A DNA stretch of 64,000 bases, from assembly GCF_040938485.1 (NCBI RefSeq), contig NW_027271024.1, positions 1,922,001 to 1,986,000 of the forward strand, read 5' to 3'. Source of the stretch: Diadema antillarum (lineage: Eukaryota). Under the pieces are notes generated by a model that saw only the letters and a list, made by a program, of their open reading frames with translations, did no database searches and was not told the DNA's origin. A program made the position numbers and the translations under genes. Below, one piece after another: positions 44,932 through 57,512 of the stretch; positions within the stretch are counted from its first letter, which is position 1; each line of letters opens with the position of its first letter.

Positions 44932-45423
44932 ATCCTCTTAATTAGCATCAACGTCCATTACCCTTCACATCAGCACTTAAAGACGCATCAGCGATCAATA
45001 TTTCTACTTTTAATCAATAAATTATTGACTTTGAGCAGTGTATCTTGGCAAATGAGGTGAATTAAGTGAATGAGATTAATATTTTTCTGAATGTCCAATA
45101 TTAAAGACAACCTCAAAACCAGAACTATTCAAGAACCTGACCATTCCAACCAAAAAAGATGAAAATAATTCAAGAAAAATAAATAATTGTGCGGAACACA
45201 TACCTGCATCCCCTTAATTAACATCAACGTCCATTACTCGTCGTATCAGCACTTAGAAAACGCATCAGCGATCAATATTTCTACTTTTAATCAATAAATT
45301 ATTGACTTTGAGCAGTGTATCTTGGCAAATGAGGTGAATTAAGTGAATGAGATTAATATTTTTCTGAATGTCCAATATTAAAGACAACCTCAAAACCAGA
45401 ACTATTGAAGAACCTAACCATTC
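44932..45423. repeat. 277-bp-period tandem duplication
   Basis: CATCAGCGATCAATAT at 44986 and 45263; homology runs through ...AAGAACCTRACCATT. Confidence 0.9.
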
Positions 45424-46189
45424 TCTTTATTACCTAGCAAATATACTAACACGTTTTATCCAATCTAGCAGTTGGACCCTCTTCGTGCAGAATTATGTAG
45501 TTATTCATTATACTTGTTAAAGAATGACTTGATAAACAGTAAACCCATAACAACAATTAAGAACCTTACGGTATATCGAAAGGCATAAATGAATTCCAAC
45601 TTTACTACGATTTCATTTATTTTCTTTTTATGGAAATGAAGTATGATTCAATGTTGTAATAAAGATAAAAAGGTGAAATTATTCAAGTACTTTTTTAACT
45701 GATTTAATATACCAGAGTGAATTGAATGAACTAAAAGTTGTGTCCATGTTGCACCGCAAAATCAAGATGCGTGCTTAAATTTACACAAATATGTAACTTA
45801 CAACCCTACCATAAACTACTGGAAGTAGAAGGGAACATCTAAGTAACTTTCGTTGTTGTTGTTCAATTCTCAATTTGTCATTTTGACTCTACGTCTGCAG
45901 ACATCTCTACTGTATTTGTATCAATAATGTATTAGGAGAATTTTCTCATGACATTACATGTTTTGTGCACTGACATTCTTGCCATAAAAACAATACAATT
46001 GTTAAAAAAATAGAAAAATAGTACTGAAATGATTTTCAACTTCTGCTTGAAAATAATAGACATGGTAATCATATATAGTGGTGTTGTAATAAACACGTTT
46101 CAAATTACCAAAAAAAAAATACATCCATAAATGATATCAGTCGTGGCATTTATTTAAAGATACCTTGCAATATACACAGATATAATGAA

Positions 46190-47108
46190 TATTTATTCGT
46201 GCTTGTACTTGCTAACGAATCTTGATTGTTTCGTGTTTTTTTAATTATGATGTTTTGTTGTAGCATTATTCTTCGTTGTTTTCCTTGATATTTATTTTCA
46301 AACCAATGTATAATACTTGCATAGGCCTTACTGTTATCATTATTTTGTGTTTATGATTGCGTTGTATAGTTTTTTTTCTTTGGGGATATTTGTTATGCCG
46401 TATATTTTTATATTTTTAACTTTATTATTTGTATCGTTTTGTTTGTACTTTGAATCTTTAATTGTTATGACTTCTATGCACGGAACCATTGAAAACAGCT
46501 TATGCTGAGTGACACGCCCGTGTTAAAATGAATGAATGAATCATGAATGAATGTCGGTAAATGTATTGCACATTCGGATTCACGGTATTCCATCAACAGG
46601 AGGCCAGGGAACGAGGATTGTTTTTGTTTTCCGCCATTGTCACAATTTAAATTATAGATTTATAATTCAGCAGCAATTCACTCCAGCAATATAAGGCAGA
46701 GCGTGTAGCTGTTTGCTATTAGCATATTAACAGCCTGTTTGTTTCGTTCTTCTCCTGCTCATGACTGTATTAATTCCACATGTCATAGATTTCATGAAAT
46801 GTTTACATCACGGAGCATGAATAGAGACTAAATCATGAAAAACCCTGAATCATGAAATCTACAGTATTAAATCGTCGAGGCATTAGAATTTGATTTATTG
46901 CTTCTAGCTCCCACGTATGTCATATCATTTACTTCACTTTTATGGAAATTTATCTGCAATTTTCCCTACAATTTCTGACTTCATTTAGTTATGCTCCAAG
47001 GGATAGAAGTTGTAGTAGTTATAGTAATAATGATAACAATAACAGCATTAATATGAATGGTAATATTGATATCAATGTTAACAATAATATTAATGCTGTT
47101 GCAACAAC

Positions 47109-47141
<33 letters not shown>

Positions 47142-49200
47142 CATCATCATGAAAACGATAGCGGATATAATAGTAATTATAGTCTTCCTTATTCAGGGTA
47201 GCTTTTTCAGTGTTGAAACTGTACTGCCAGAAGGCTCTACCAATACTATTACCCTGGATAGCGTTAACAGGTACTGATGTTGAATTGAATTGAATTTATT
47301 TGATCAGCACAAAAAACATCAAAGAATGACAATGATAAGCAATCATGACAATGATAACCAATAATGACAAAGCACAGAGTAAAGGCGGATCTATGGAATA
47401 CATAATATCTGATAAGGGAAGCAGCCAACGACGAATTAAAAGTTTCCTTAAAATCTAGCCGACACACGTAAACAATGAAAAAAAATGTCTTTGTGGTAAT
47501 CATTTTCATATTTTTTTTTAAGAGATGAGCAAATATACAGATGTAAGAAGAGAATAAAAAGAAAAAAAAATCTACGGCAATGATACTCGAACACAATACA
47601 TTTACATTACAGAGAAAGTAAAAAAAAAACCCACAGTGAATTATAATCATTAGATGAAATAATGCCATCCAAGCATATTGAGAAGTGATGAATGATGATT
47701 TTGTATAACATTCTCCTTAAGTTTATGTTTGAATACATTGAAAGAGTTAGCTTTACGAATATCGTCTGGTATTGAATTCCATATTTCATAAGCGGACGTA
47801 GATATAACACAGATTTCTTTTATTTTTTATAATGATCTTCTTGCTCTCGGTATGTGAAAAAATCTCAGCGTTTCTGGTTCGGTAGGGATGAATATGGCAA
47901 GTTAAAGTGAAATAATACAGCAGAGAATTGAGGAGAAGCTTTCTGTACCATAAAAACATGAGACGAGAAGGCCACGGTGTATTCTACGATGATTTACTTT
48001 ATTATCATTCAATTCTAGTTACTTGTTTTCGTACTGTATAAATTCAACTGTCGATTGTGGTCAGAGAATCTGATGTAATTCACTCTTTCGATATTTAGAT
48101 AACATACAATGGTCCTTCGATTGCTCCGTTCTCCTCAAAGTAGAAATTCATGTAATGACATTATTATGCTGTTATATAGCAGGTAAACAAAATGAATTGC
48201 AAAATATTGTATCTGCAAAAATTTAAGTTCTCTCTCTCTCTCTCTCTGTCTGTCTTTCTATTCAGTTCATTTTATTATTATTATTATTTTTTCTTTTTGT
48301 TGGGGGGGGGGGGTCCTTCCTTTAGCCGAACATTATCATCCTCCTGGTTACAATGACACAGACTCATTTGTCAGTCAAAATGTATTTTTCCCCATCTCGA
48401 TGTACACACAAATTGTGCCAACGTCTAAATTGTTTTGATATCAACTACGTTGTTCGGTCAGACATGCGTTTTGAACAATATATTATATTTTGTGTATTAA
48501 GGATATTAGTATAGGTAAAGTTTGTTCTTATACTTATTTTCCAGTATGTATTCATTTAATTGCTGTGACCGAGCACATAAGATATAAAGAAACATGAACG
48601 TATACATAGTATACCGTTCATGTAAGTTTATGAAATGATACAAACGCAAACCTGTATGGAAGCAGGATATACAGATGCATGCATATTCATCTTTGTAATG
48701 CATTGTGATTGCAAACGTGTTGCAATGATGTAAATAATCATGGAATGTCTATGACTTCATCATTAACCCGTTCCATATACCCACAGACTTTGATGATAAA
48801 TACGCAGGCCACAAGGTTCCCGTATACAGAGCGGATTAACAAGTGTATATTAATGGTCAAAATGATTTTTTACAACATACGATTTTTATCACCGTTGATT
48901 ATTGTTTCTACAGTTATGTTAATTCAAACTAAGGCTACTATTGTAGGCATAAAATGATTACATATAAATAATTTGTGTATCAAATAGAAAGCAGAAAGGT
49001 GTAATAATGTGAGAAAAACTATCACTGCCTTTATCATGATTATTATCATTATCGGTAATAAGTTTTACTGTAAGATTATTATCCAGTAATGAGCTAGGAT
49101 TTTTAGTTCCAGTGTGTTAAGTGTGTTTGTGTGTATTTGAATGCATTTTATGTGGGTATGTTGTGCGCTGTAATATATACGCCATAACACACTGAGCAGA
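46190..49200 (+). repeat. Segmental duplication: 3' flank of GPCR copy 4, paralogous to 60340-63680 and partly to 39250-40450
   Basis: Collinear anchors, e.g. GTGCTTGTACTTGCTAA, ATGAATGAATGTCGGTAAATGTATTGCACATTCGG, ACTGTACTGCCAGAAGGCTCTACCAATA, ATCATTATCGGTAATA, ACACTGAGCAGAT. Confidence 0.92.
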
Positions 49201-49447
49201 TAATCAAAATGATTAAAAAAACACAATTAATAAATCACTCTATCAGAATAGAAACAAATCAAGCAAATTAAAGCAGCACCATGACCCGCTGAAACAGAAA
49301 ATCAAAATGACGTGATGCACTCAGGTAGATAATATCAGGAAAAAAACAACCCAAAATGTGATTTCAAACCCTTTGTGGCCGAGAGCCCCCCCCCCTCACC
49401 CCATCATTTAATGATGCTGACACATCACAATTTTTCTTCAAGCTCAG

Positions 49448-50404
49448 TCAATGTAGATTTTGATCATTTTGCTCAAGATCGACGTTGATTTTGTTACCAT
49501 TGATCCACTTGAACAACGAGGGGAATATCTTTCTAAACGCCTTCCTGAAGAAAGGATTTTTAGTGCTGTAGATGATGGGGTTCGCTGCAGAACTGATTTT
49601 AAGGAAGAAAAATCTGATGTCATTTGTGAGTACAAAAGCAAGACGACTTACTTCAAAGAAATATCTGAAGGTAAACCAAACGCATGTCGGGAATAAGCTG
49701 ACGCAGAAGATGACCACCAGGAGTAGGATAGCGCGTATTGCTTTCACCTCTTGCTTGAGCTTTTGTCCCGGAGGAGGGATACCCATGGGTGGGTGAGGAG
49801 CCGCCATCTGGATGCGGCGAGCCTGGGATTTGGCGATGGACAGAATCCGGAGGTTGCTACAAATGACGACGACGCTGAACACGACGATCATACCACTGAT
49901 GAGGAGGCCATGAGCTCTGCCGGACGACATCTTGTTCGGCTCTGCGTCGCAATACTCAACTACGGATTGGTCCTCGGTGAAATAAAGAAACGTGAAACCA
50001 TTCGTCAAACAAGCCACCCACACCCTGGCGACATATTTGTCTACATTCACTAGTACGATGACCACATATGATACCCATGTGAAGATGTAGGACCACATTG
50101 TGAAATATACTTCCGTTTCCACAGTGCAAGTAGCATGGGTTCGAACAAGTCTTTTGAAGACTTCTACAGGTATGGCAACCAGACCCGTCAGGAGATCCGC
50201 TAGGGCCAGACAAGCCAAAAGAAGGTAGCTTGGTTCCCTCAGCATTGGTTCCCTTCGTATGGCGAGCATGACTAGAGCGTTGCCGATTACGATTACGATG
50301 GCGAGAGGTGTGAAAGCGACAATCATCAGTGATCGATGTAGGGGAGTTCCTATCAGGTTGGAATGTATTTCCTGTGGAGAGCTAGAGGTGTTAGAAAATT
50401 CCAT
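49448..50404 (-). pseudogene. GPCR copy 4 (318 aa open frame) with 63-nt in-frame deletion of ICL2 and the start of TM4; probable pseudogene or hypomorph
   Basis: Reads DKYVA-R-VWVAC where copy 2 reads DKYVA-ITRPLRYVSMVTSRRVVTVIIG-VWVSC; junction at 50025/50026; no stop or frameshift elsewhere. Confidence 0.75.
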
Positions 50405-50508
50405 ATTGTGTTCTCAGTAAACTTAAGAACTATCGTAACTCTGGATTCTGTCTCAAAGTTCCTTTGAAGTATACTGGTAGCAAAAATAACTGCGCCATTA
50501 GAAAGAGT

Positions 50509-50547
50509 GTTTTGTTTGTTTGTTTGTTTGTTTGTTTGTTTGTTTGT
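50509..50547. repeat. (TTTG)n microsatellite
   Basis: Directly visible. Confidence 0.9.
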
Positions 50548-52039
50548 TCGTCTTACATGCAGACTTGCCAGCTTCTGTTTTGAACAAACGTTTGCCTTCT
50601 ACCAAACAAACCTCTTTGTTAGAGTTGATGATGTGTATGGATACCCGACATTATACGAACAATCGCTTGGGAAGGTGACTGGTGATAGTTCCACTTTCTG
50701 TTCACTTAATCCATGTATACACCCTTCCATGAGTTACAAGAGCTTGTTTATTCAGGCTCTTCCGATTACAAATATGATTTGGAAAACAACATTTTTGTGA
50801 TTCACCACACTTTCCGACTGGACCAAAAACGAACTGAAGATGCATCCAAACGAAACTCTATTACCAAGATCCAAAGACACACATAATCCTGTCTGCTTCT
50901 TTATTCTCGTCTTGAAGACCGGTTTTTCTCACGTCCAAATTTTTTTTATTGAATAGTTCTGGCAAAGCCTCTTCCGAAGCCAGTCAATCTAGTGCTATGG
51001 TTTGCAAGAAATCATCATCGAGCGAATGAAGTGACTATCATTGAGCTTGACTGTGGAATATACAGATGAGCGGATTCATGGTCTCGGTATACCAGTGACT
51101 GAGGTATCGAAAAGAGGCTGATTAGGTTGCTAGAGTTTTGTGAATCAATCACAACGCCTCTTGACAGAACACTAATTAACAAATTCATTAATTACGTTCC
51201 GCGTATGTCATGTACCACAGCGCGGAGCCGGAGTACAGGGTGGAGTGTGTATAGAGCTGTTCGGTTTGGCTGCAGTTTTTTTCTTCTTCTTGTTTTTTTT
51301 TTTCAATGTCTATTTCAGACATAAGGGGGGGGGGGTGAGTCAGTGTCATTATGCCAACAATGTTTTATGCGCTGCGGCATTAAAATACGCCTGATTCATT
51401 GCATATCCCATTGAATCATCTGTTGTTGTTATTTTGGAAGCCCCATTCCCCCCCCCCCCTTATGGCCGACATAAATACCGGTGTTTTGAATAGAATAAGT
51501 CTACCGTTATGAGACGATTATTATTATGTTTGGTGTGATCGTATGAGTATAGTGTAAGTACTATATAAGGCGAGCCTGGCCTCATACCTCCTTGGTGTGA
51601 TGCAGTAATCAAATCCATTATACATGTACTACAATAAAGTGAACAACGTATTAATTCATTCATTCATCCATGTTTTGAAGGGCTGCTAAAGAGAGAACTT
51701 GTATAGTGTAGTCCCCTCACTTACGTAACATTACTACAATACATCAATACATACATGTAGCTTACAATACTAACAATAATCATTGAAAGTATACACTTTT
51801 TATGACATCGATAGTAACATGAAGCATACGCTTTATAGTCGAATTCGCTTGAGAAAAACTTATATCGGCAAAGTGTGAAGTCCAAATATATTCATTCTAG
51901 TCCAAGAGCATTAGGTCAAAAAAGGCTTAAACCTGGACATTTTTGGTAACAAGCTGATTTTTTTCAGGATAGGTCCAGAAAAATGTATAGAAAACATACT
52001 AAAAGTGGTAATAAATCTTCTATATGAGTGTTTTCTGCA

Positions 52040-52410
52040 ATCCAAGATGGCGTCCAAAAATGGCCGCTGTTTCCAGAAATTCTTACAACTTTTTAACTAG
52101 AGAACCAAAATACAAAATTTAAATGTCTAATGTTTTGAAGGATGAAGAACTCAGTAAAATACATAATTATTAAGAGATTTTGACGCACACAAGTTCCAAA
52201 ATCCAAGATGGCGTCCAAATTGGCCGCCATTTCCTGATATCTTTATAACCTTCCAACTAGGAAACCCAACACACAATTTAAGAGTCTAATGTTTCGAAAC
52301 ATGAAAAACTCAATAAAATACATATTAAGAGATTTTGACGCACGCATATACCGACTAAACCTCTCGAGCTCTTCCTAAAATGCAAATGGCGTGCAAAATG
52401 GCCGGCAGTC
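52040..52410. repeat. About 161-bp tandem repeat carrying CAAGATGGCG / AAATGGCC motifs
   Basis: TCCAAGATGGCGTCC at 52041 and 52202; degraded third unit near 52381. Confidence 0.8.
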
Positions 52411-52984
52411 ATAATTTTTTCTCACAATCATGTAAATAAATGTCAGAATAGTAAAAAAATTGTATAAAAGTATACAAATAAAACATTTGGGTGATAATCT
52501 CAAGGAGTGTGTCATTGTTACGAGAGAAACATTTCACCATCAGATTTGTTGCTAAACAGAGAGGCTACTAGGAGGCAATCTGTATCTTTTTGCCACATGG
52601 TCTATTTTCGTTACCTCAAGCACATGAGATAAAAAATTTAGTGCTAGCCCCTTTTAATTACCAACGCATTTGATGACTACCATGAGGTGAGTTCCAGTTA
52701 AAAATGTCAATTATTCCTTGATAAGTGATTACGACTCTTCATCTACATGTGCTACAAAATAATGTGTAGTTCATCACATGACAGTGCATTTCTTTGATGC
52801 ACCATATTGCTCCACCTAAACATAGAGTTTCTAAATTATCTTATTCACTTCGTGTAGATTAGGTAAAATTATATAATAGATAGAAATCAGAGAATATGGC
52901 ACGCATAGTTATTGGTACATGGAGGAGGGATACTCCTCTCCCACACGAGGGATCTTTTTTTTTCTCGAAAGTGAGACATATTTA

Positions 52985-54000
52985 ATTCAATTCAATTCAA
53001 TTCAAACTTCATTTCATTTTTCGAAAAGAACATAAACATTTCACTTTCTTTGGAAACAGAGAATAAGGTTACATAATATAATCAAACCAAAGTAACTGAG
53101 AAAACATAATTGTGGAACCTTGGTGTAACAAATAATTATGTTGTAATGAAAATTGATTGAAGTGATATAGACGATATAACATTACACAAAATATCGAAAA
53201 ATGGAGTGATCCACTAAAAAGGCAATGCTTGTAGAATGTGGGCCCCTCAGGTACAGAATGTCAATAGAAAATGAACTGATGCAAAAAGGGGAAAATATTG
53301 GGAATAAAGTCAGGAAAAAAAAGTCTGGAAGCCCAATAAGAAGACAGAGTAACAGACAGACACACATACACAAGCGAATGAACATTAAACGAGACTGGGA
53401 CGACAAAACTTATAAAGGGGGACTAAAATACAAGACAGAACAAGACAAGACTGACATGGTAGGAAGACAATACAACGGACAGAAAGGCAAAACAGATCCA
53501 GCGATCCTCGACGGAACTATATCGAAAAAAAAAAATTGGATGCGTGAAAAGGATACGGAAATATGGAAAAATAGAGAGAAATAAATGCGGAAGTAATACA
53601 AGTAGAATCGAATCTACTCTGTGTCTCAGGACAACAGGGACGAGAAAATACGTGACAGTATTATTATTGATAATTAAAATTCTTCGAAAAGAAATTAAAA
53701 TGAGCCAACAAGCTGATTCAATTCTGTAGGAACATAAAATTGCAATAAAAAGACTTTAATCTCCTTTTAAATGAATATATAGAGGGTGCATTTTTTATGT
53801 CATTATTCAGAAAACTCCAATAAGTTGGGCCAGTATAGATAAGTGTGTTCTTAGCAAGAATTGTTCGTAAAAGTGGTAAATGAAATTCATTGGAACGTCG
53901 AGTAGGATAGTCATGGAATGATTGACTTCTTTGAAACATAGAATCGAAAATGGAGGGGAGTGAGTTGTTGCTGTACGTATACATAAATTGCCCCACCCAA
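52985..54000 (-). mobile_element. 3' end of a CR1/L2/Crack-like LINE (ORF2 C-terminus, 3' UTR, (TTGAA)n tail)
   Basis: 53718-53996 encodes ...HDYPTRRSNEFHLP...GPTYWSFLNNDIKNAPSIYSFKRRLK; CTACAAGC...CTTTTTAGTGG in the UTR; TTGAA repeats at about 52985-53005. Confidence 0.8.
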
Positions 54001-55030
54001 ATTGAATAAATACAACTCTTTAATTTTTAGCAGCTTATTAGCGGCAAATAACAAATTTGAGTAGGAGGGTATGAAAGGATAACAGATGACACTATTTAAT
54101 GAATTGTAATTAATAATCCCGATTGTTGACGAAAACGTGAATCAGTCAATAAAACATGGAATATCTTAAATCGTAACTTTGAGAATATTCCGTGTTATGT
54201 AAGAAGTGAGCCTCCACTGGAAAGGTTTTATTATGATCTGTTGGACTAACTTTTAAATGGTTAAAATTTACGATAAAATCAACATTTTCAATCTGTTTTC
54301 CTCTTCTTCTTTTAAACACGCAGTCACTTTTTTCTTAGGAATACGTGATCGGTACACAACGTTAAGATTAAGAGCTTCATGTGTAGGTTTATTAGTGTTT
54401 TGATATTTTCGTATATAAGATTGGGCCTCATCCATGTCAAGCTCTGTTTATGATGACGGTCCCCTGTGTTTATTTCTTCTTTGTTCACCTATGCATACGG
54501 TATGCCTAAACATGTTCCTTTAATTCATATATCATTAGAGATGATGTTGTTACGAAATTTACAATTTTTCTTATATTGATTTGTATGTTTTACTCTATCT
54601 TTTTTTTGCATACTCTGTATAATTTTCTTTCCATTTTCTATTGTGCTTGGAGGAGGAATCAGAAATAAAATCAATACAAACAAAACTAAACCAAACCAAA
54701 TGTTATGCAGTTATTAAAGTGCATTCAATACTTTCATTAAGACTAAGTTAAAGAAATAATAGTGTAATATCAGATGGACTAAATCTAACAAGTTTCATTA
54801 ACATAAACGACATGAAAGAACATATGATTTCGAAATTGCACAGTTTTGCATTCTAAAGTACAATATTGAACGAACGAAAAATGTTAACGCAAACTGGGAA
54901 AAGTTTATGAGTAGGCCTATACCTCACATTTCAATCTTTGATTTGAAAACATATTATGTCGTATAATTTTTTTCATGTCTCCATAATCCACGTAAAAGTC
55001 ATGATTTCCTGGCTATTGGAAGGAAAAAAT

Positions 55031-56209
55031 GTAGGTTTTCCCGGCCAATTTCGCACTTTTGTCAGTCCAATTCCTAATTGCTGCATTCAATTTCGCAAAA
55101 TTTAGCGTATATTATAGATGACATGTTCGGTAATTCAATTTTACGATCTCTTCATTCAAATTCATTTTGGAGCATTCAAATTACCTTTAGCCTCTTTCTA
55201 ATTAACACTTTTTCAATTAAAATTTCGTAAAACAAGCACCATTTCGTTGTTCGTTAATTCAATTTAGAATGATATAGTCACGTGATCACGGACATGCTGA
55301 TCATGCACTCGTTCATTCAAATTACTTTTTGGGCATCCAATTTAACATCTTTTGCAGTCAATTTAGCACGCATGTTTATGCTTTGGTTCTTTCTTAATTC
55401 TTTTCTTCAACATAGTTATTGTTTTGCAAGCGTCATTACATTTCATATTTTCGTGCTCATTTTAGAGATTTTGGCAACAGTTTTTTTTTTCTTCAATGTG
55501 CTTAGTGAGTCTTCCAATCCGAAGATAGTGCGTCATGTGGCCACAACTTATCTGGCCGTTGAGTGCTTTATTCCGAGTGTGTCGGCCACTTCTAGGAAGT
55601 CAAGGTTATGATCATCAAATGTTCCTATAACCCTTTTTCTGTCTTCTTGAGAAATACGTCTGTATCTAACTTGTGCTGTCATGACTGTAAAGAAGATGAA
55701 GTTAATCTGTAGTATTGGTACATGTAGGCCTAAAATGACATGTGTGAAAGAAAAGAAGCGTTACAGAACAACAAACTCGAGTTATATATTGTCAAAAATA
55801 TGATACTTTTGCTGCTTAACAGTGCAAACATGCGTGGATGAAACAAAAAGTCGCATGGAAATATACGTTTAAATGTTATCACATTTTCAAAAAAAGAAAT
55901 AACATGACGTTAATTTGAATGAACATTTATTGTTTGGAATTTGACTGCCCATACGCGAAATTGAATGACTGAAATACCCCTTTCGGCCAGTGCTGGCGAA
56001 TGACTGAAGAGCACGTGCCAATTTAAATGCCCGTTTTACGAATTCGAAAGGCACAAGTGCAAAGATCATAGATGGAAATGCTGAATTGAACGACCAACTT
56101 GCAATTTTGAATAACAGAATGTGCAGTGACGAGGATTTTTGCTAAATTGAATGACCCTTTTATCAAAATGGACTGGCACAAATGCGAAATTGGCCGGGAA
56201 AACCCATAC
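55031..56209. mobile_element. About 1.2-kb non-autonomous element with long imperfect TIRs
   Basis: GGTTTTCCCGGCCAATTTCGCA...CATTCAATTT mirrored by AAATTGAATG...TGCGAAATTGGCCGGGAAAACC; no TSD recognised. Confidence 0.65.
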
Positions 56210-56542
56210 TCATCTATTTTAACACGAACATGATCAATCGTATCTTCAAGGACTCTCCCATTATCATTATCATTATCATGAAATGCAATCCTATATTTAG
56301 ACTCAAACATTATTCCCAGCCACATTAAATATACTTTTAAGCCTCATCACAGCGTGAAAAAGCCCCCTCATCAACATAATGTCTATTATTCATACCTTTA
56401 AAATGACAAGATATTCCCAACTATAAATCAAATTGGATGACTTTATTTTCTATTCAACACTAAATGGTGATGGAAGTGCTTAATAGCTCAAAAGCTATAT
56501 ATCAGAAGAAAAAAAAAACTCTCATTGATATGAGTAATAGCG

Positions 56543-57181
56543 GAATAGTGTACAATTTAGTAGGAGGTGATTTTGTGAATATGAAAACCTAGATCAGTTT
56601 CATGATATCCATGATTTCAAAGGTAGGTTCCAGATTTTGGTCAAATTTTAACCCTCTGTACAAAACCTGTTGAACTTTACACAGGAATTAACGATGTGTA
56701 TGTGAGTGTGTACTTACAATGACCCCGAACAATGGACCTGGATGCCATCTGATCAGTGCCCTGCTCCGATCGAGGCACATGAATGCTTTACTGTTTGTTC
56801 ATGATGGGTTGCCTTTGCGGTGCTAGTCTGAATTCCTAGCAAAGGGTGAAATGCATACACATGAGAAAAAGTAAGCACATGTTTCCACGTGCTTACATAC
56901 ACCACATTTCAGAGTGAATGAAGACTAGCTGTGATGGTGGAATCTCTCATGAATAAACAATGGAGCATTCAAATCTTGGTCATTGTTCAGGACGATTGTT
57001 TGGGTGTCAACTACACACTTCCATACACACCAATTGACTTCTGTGCAAAGTTAAAGTTTTGTACAGAGGGTTGAAAATAGAGCAAAATCTGAAACCTAAC
57101 TGACAAAATAATGTTCAACTTTAATGAAACTGAATTATGCTGTCATTTTGAAATTGCCTCCAACAAAATTGTACACTATTC
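56543..57181. mobile_element. 639-bp element with long imperfect TIRs
   Basis: GAATAGTGTACAATTT...AAATTGTACACTATTC ends; inner CCCTCTGTACAAAA/TTTTGTACAGAGGG; flanks AGCG/AGCT; interrupts a segment homologous to 30960-31250. Confidence 0.75.
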
Positions 57182-57512
57182 AGCTATTGCTCTTGTCAAT
57201 GTCAGTGTTATCTGATATACAGTTTTTGAAATGTTAAGGATCAAAAGTCGGAAATTATTTTTGTCACACCTAGTATCTGCAGTGCATTTTAGGTATCTTT
57301 GTATTCCATGAACAGGAATTAAGGAACATGGATTATAGTGGGGTTTTTCCGCCGTTGCCACAATTGTAAATGAATAGAAAAGATGTATAATTCAACAGCA
57401 ATTCACTCTAGTAGATGGAGGTAAAACGTATAATAGCTTTTGCAGTCAACAAAAAATCAATCTCCTACTTTCGTGTTTCTCGTGAGCACATTAATGTTTC
57501 CATCCTTTGCGT

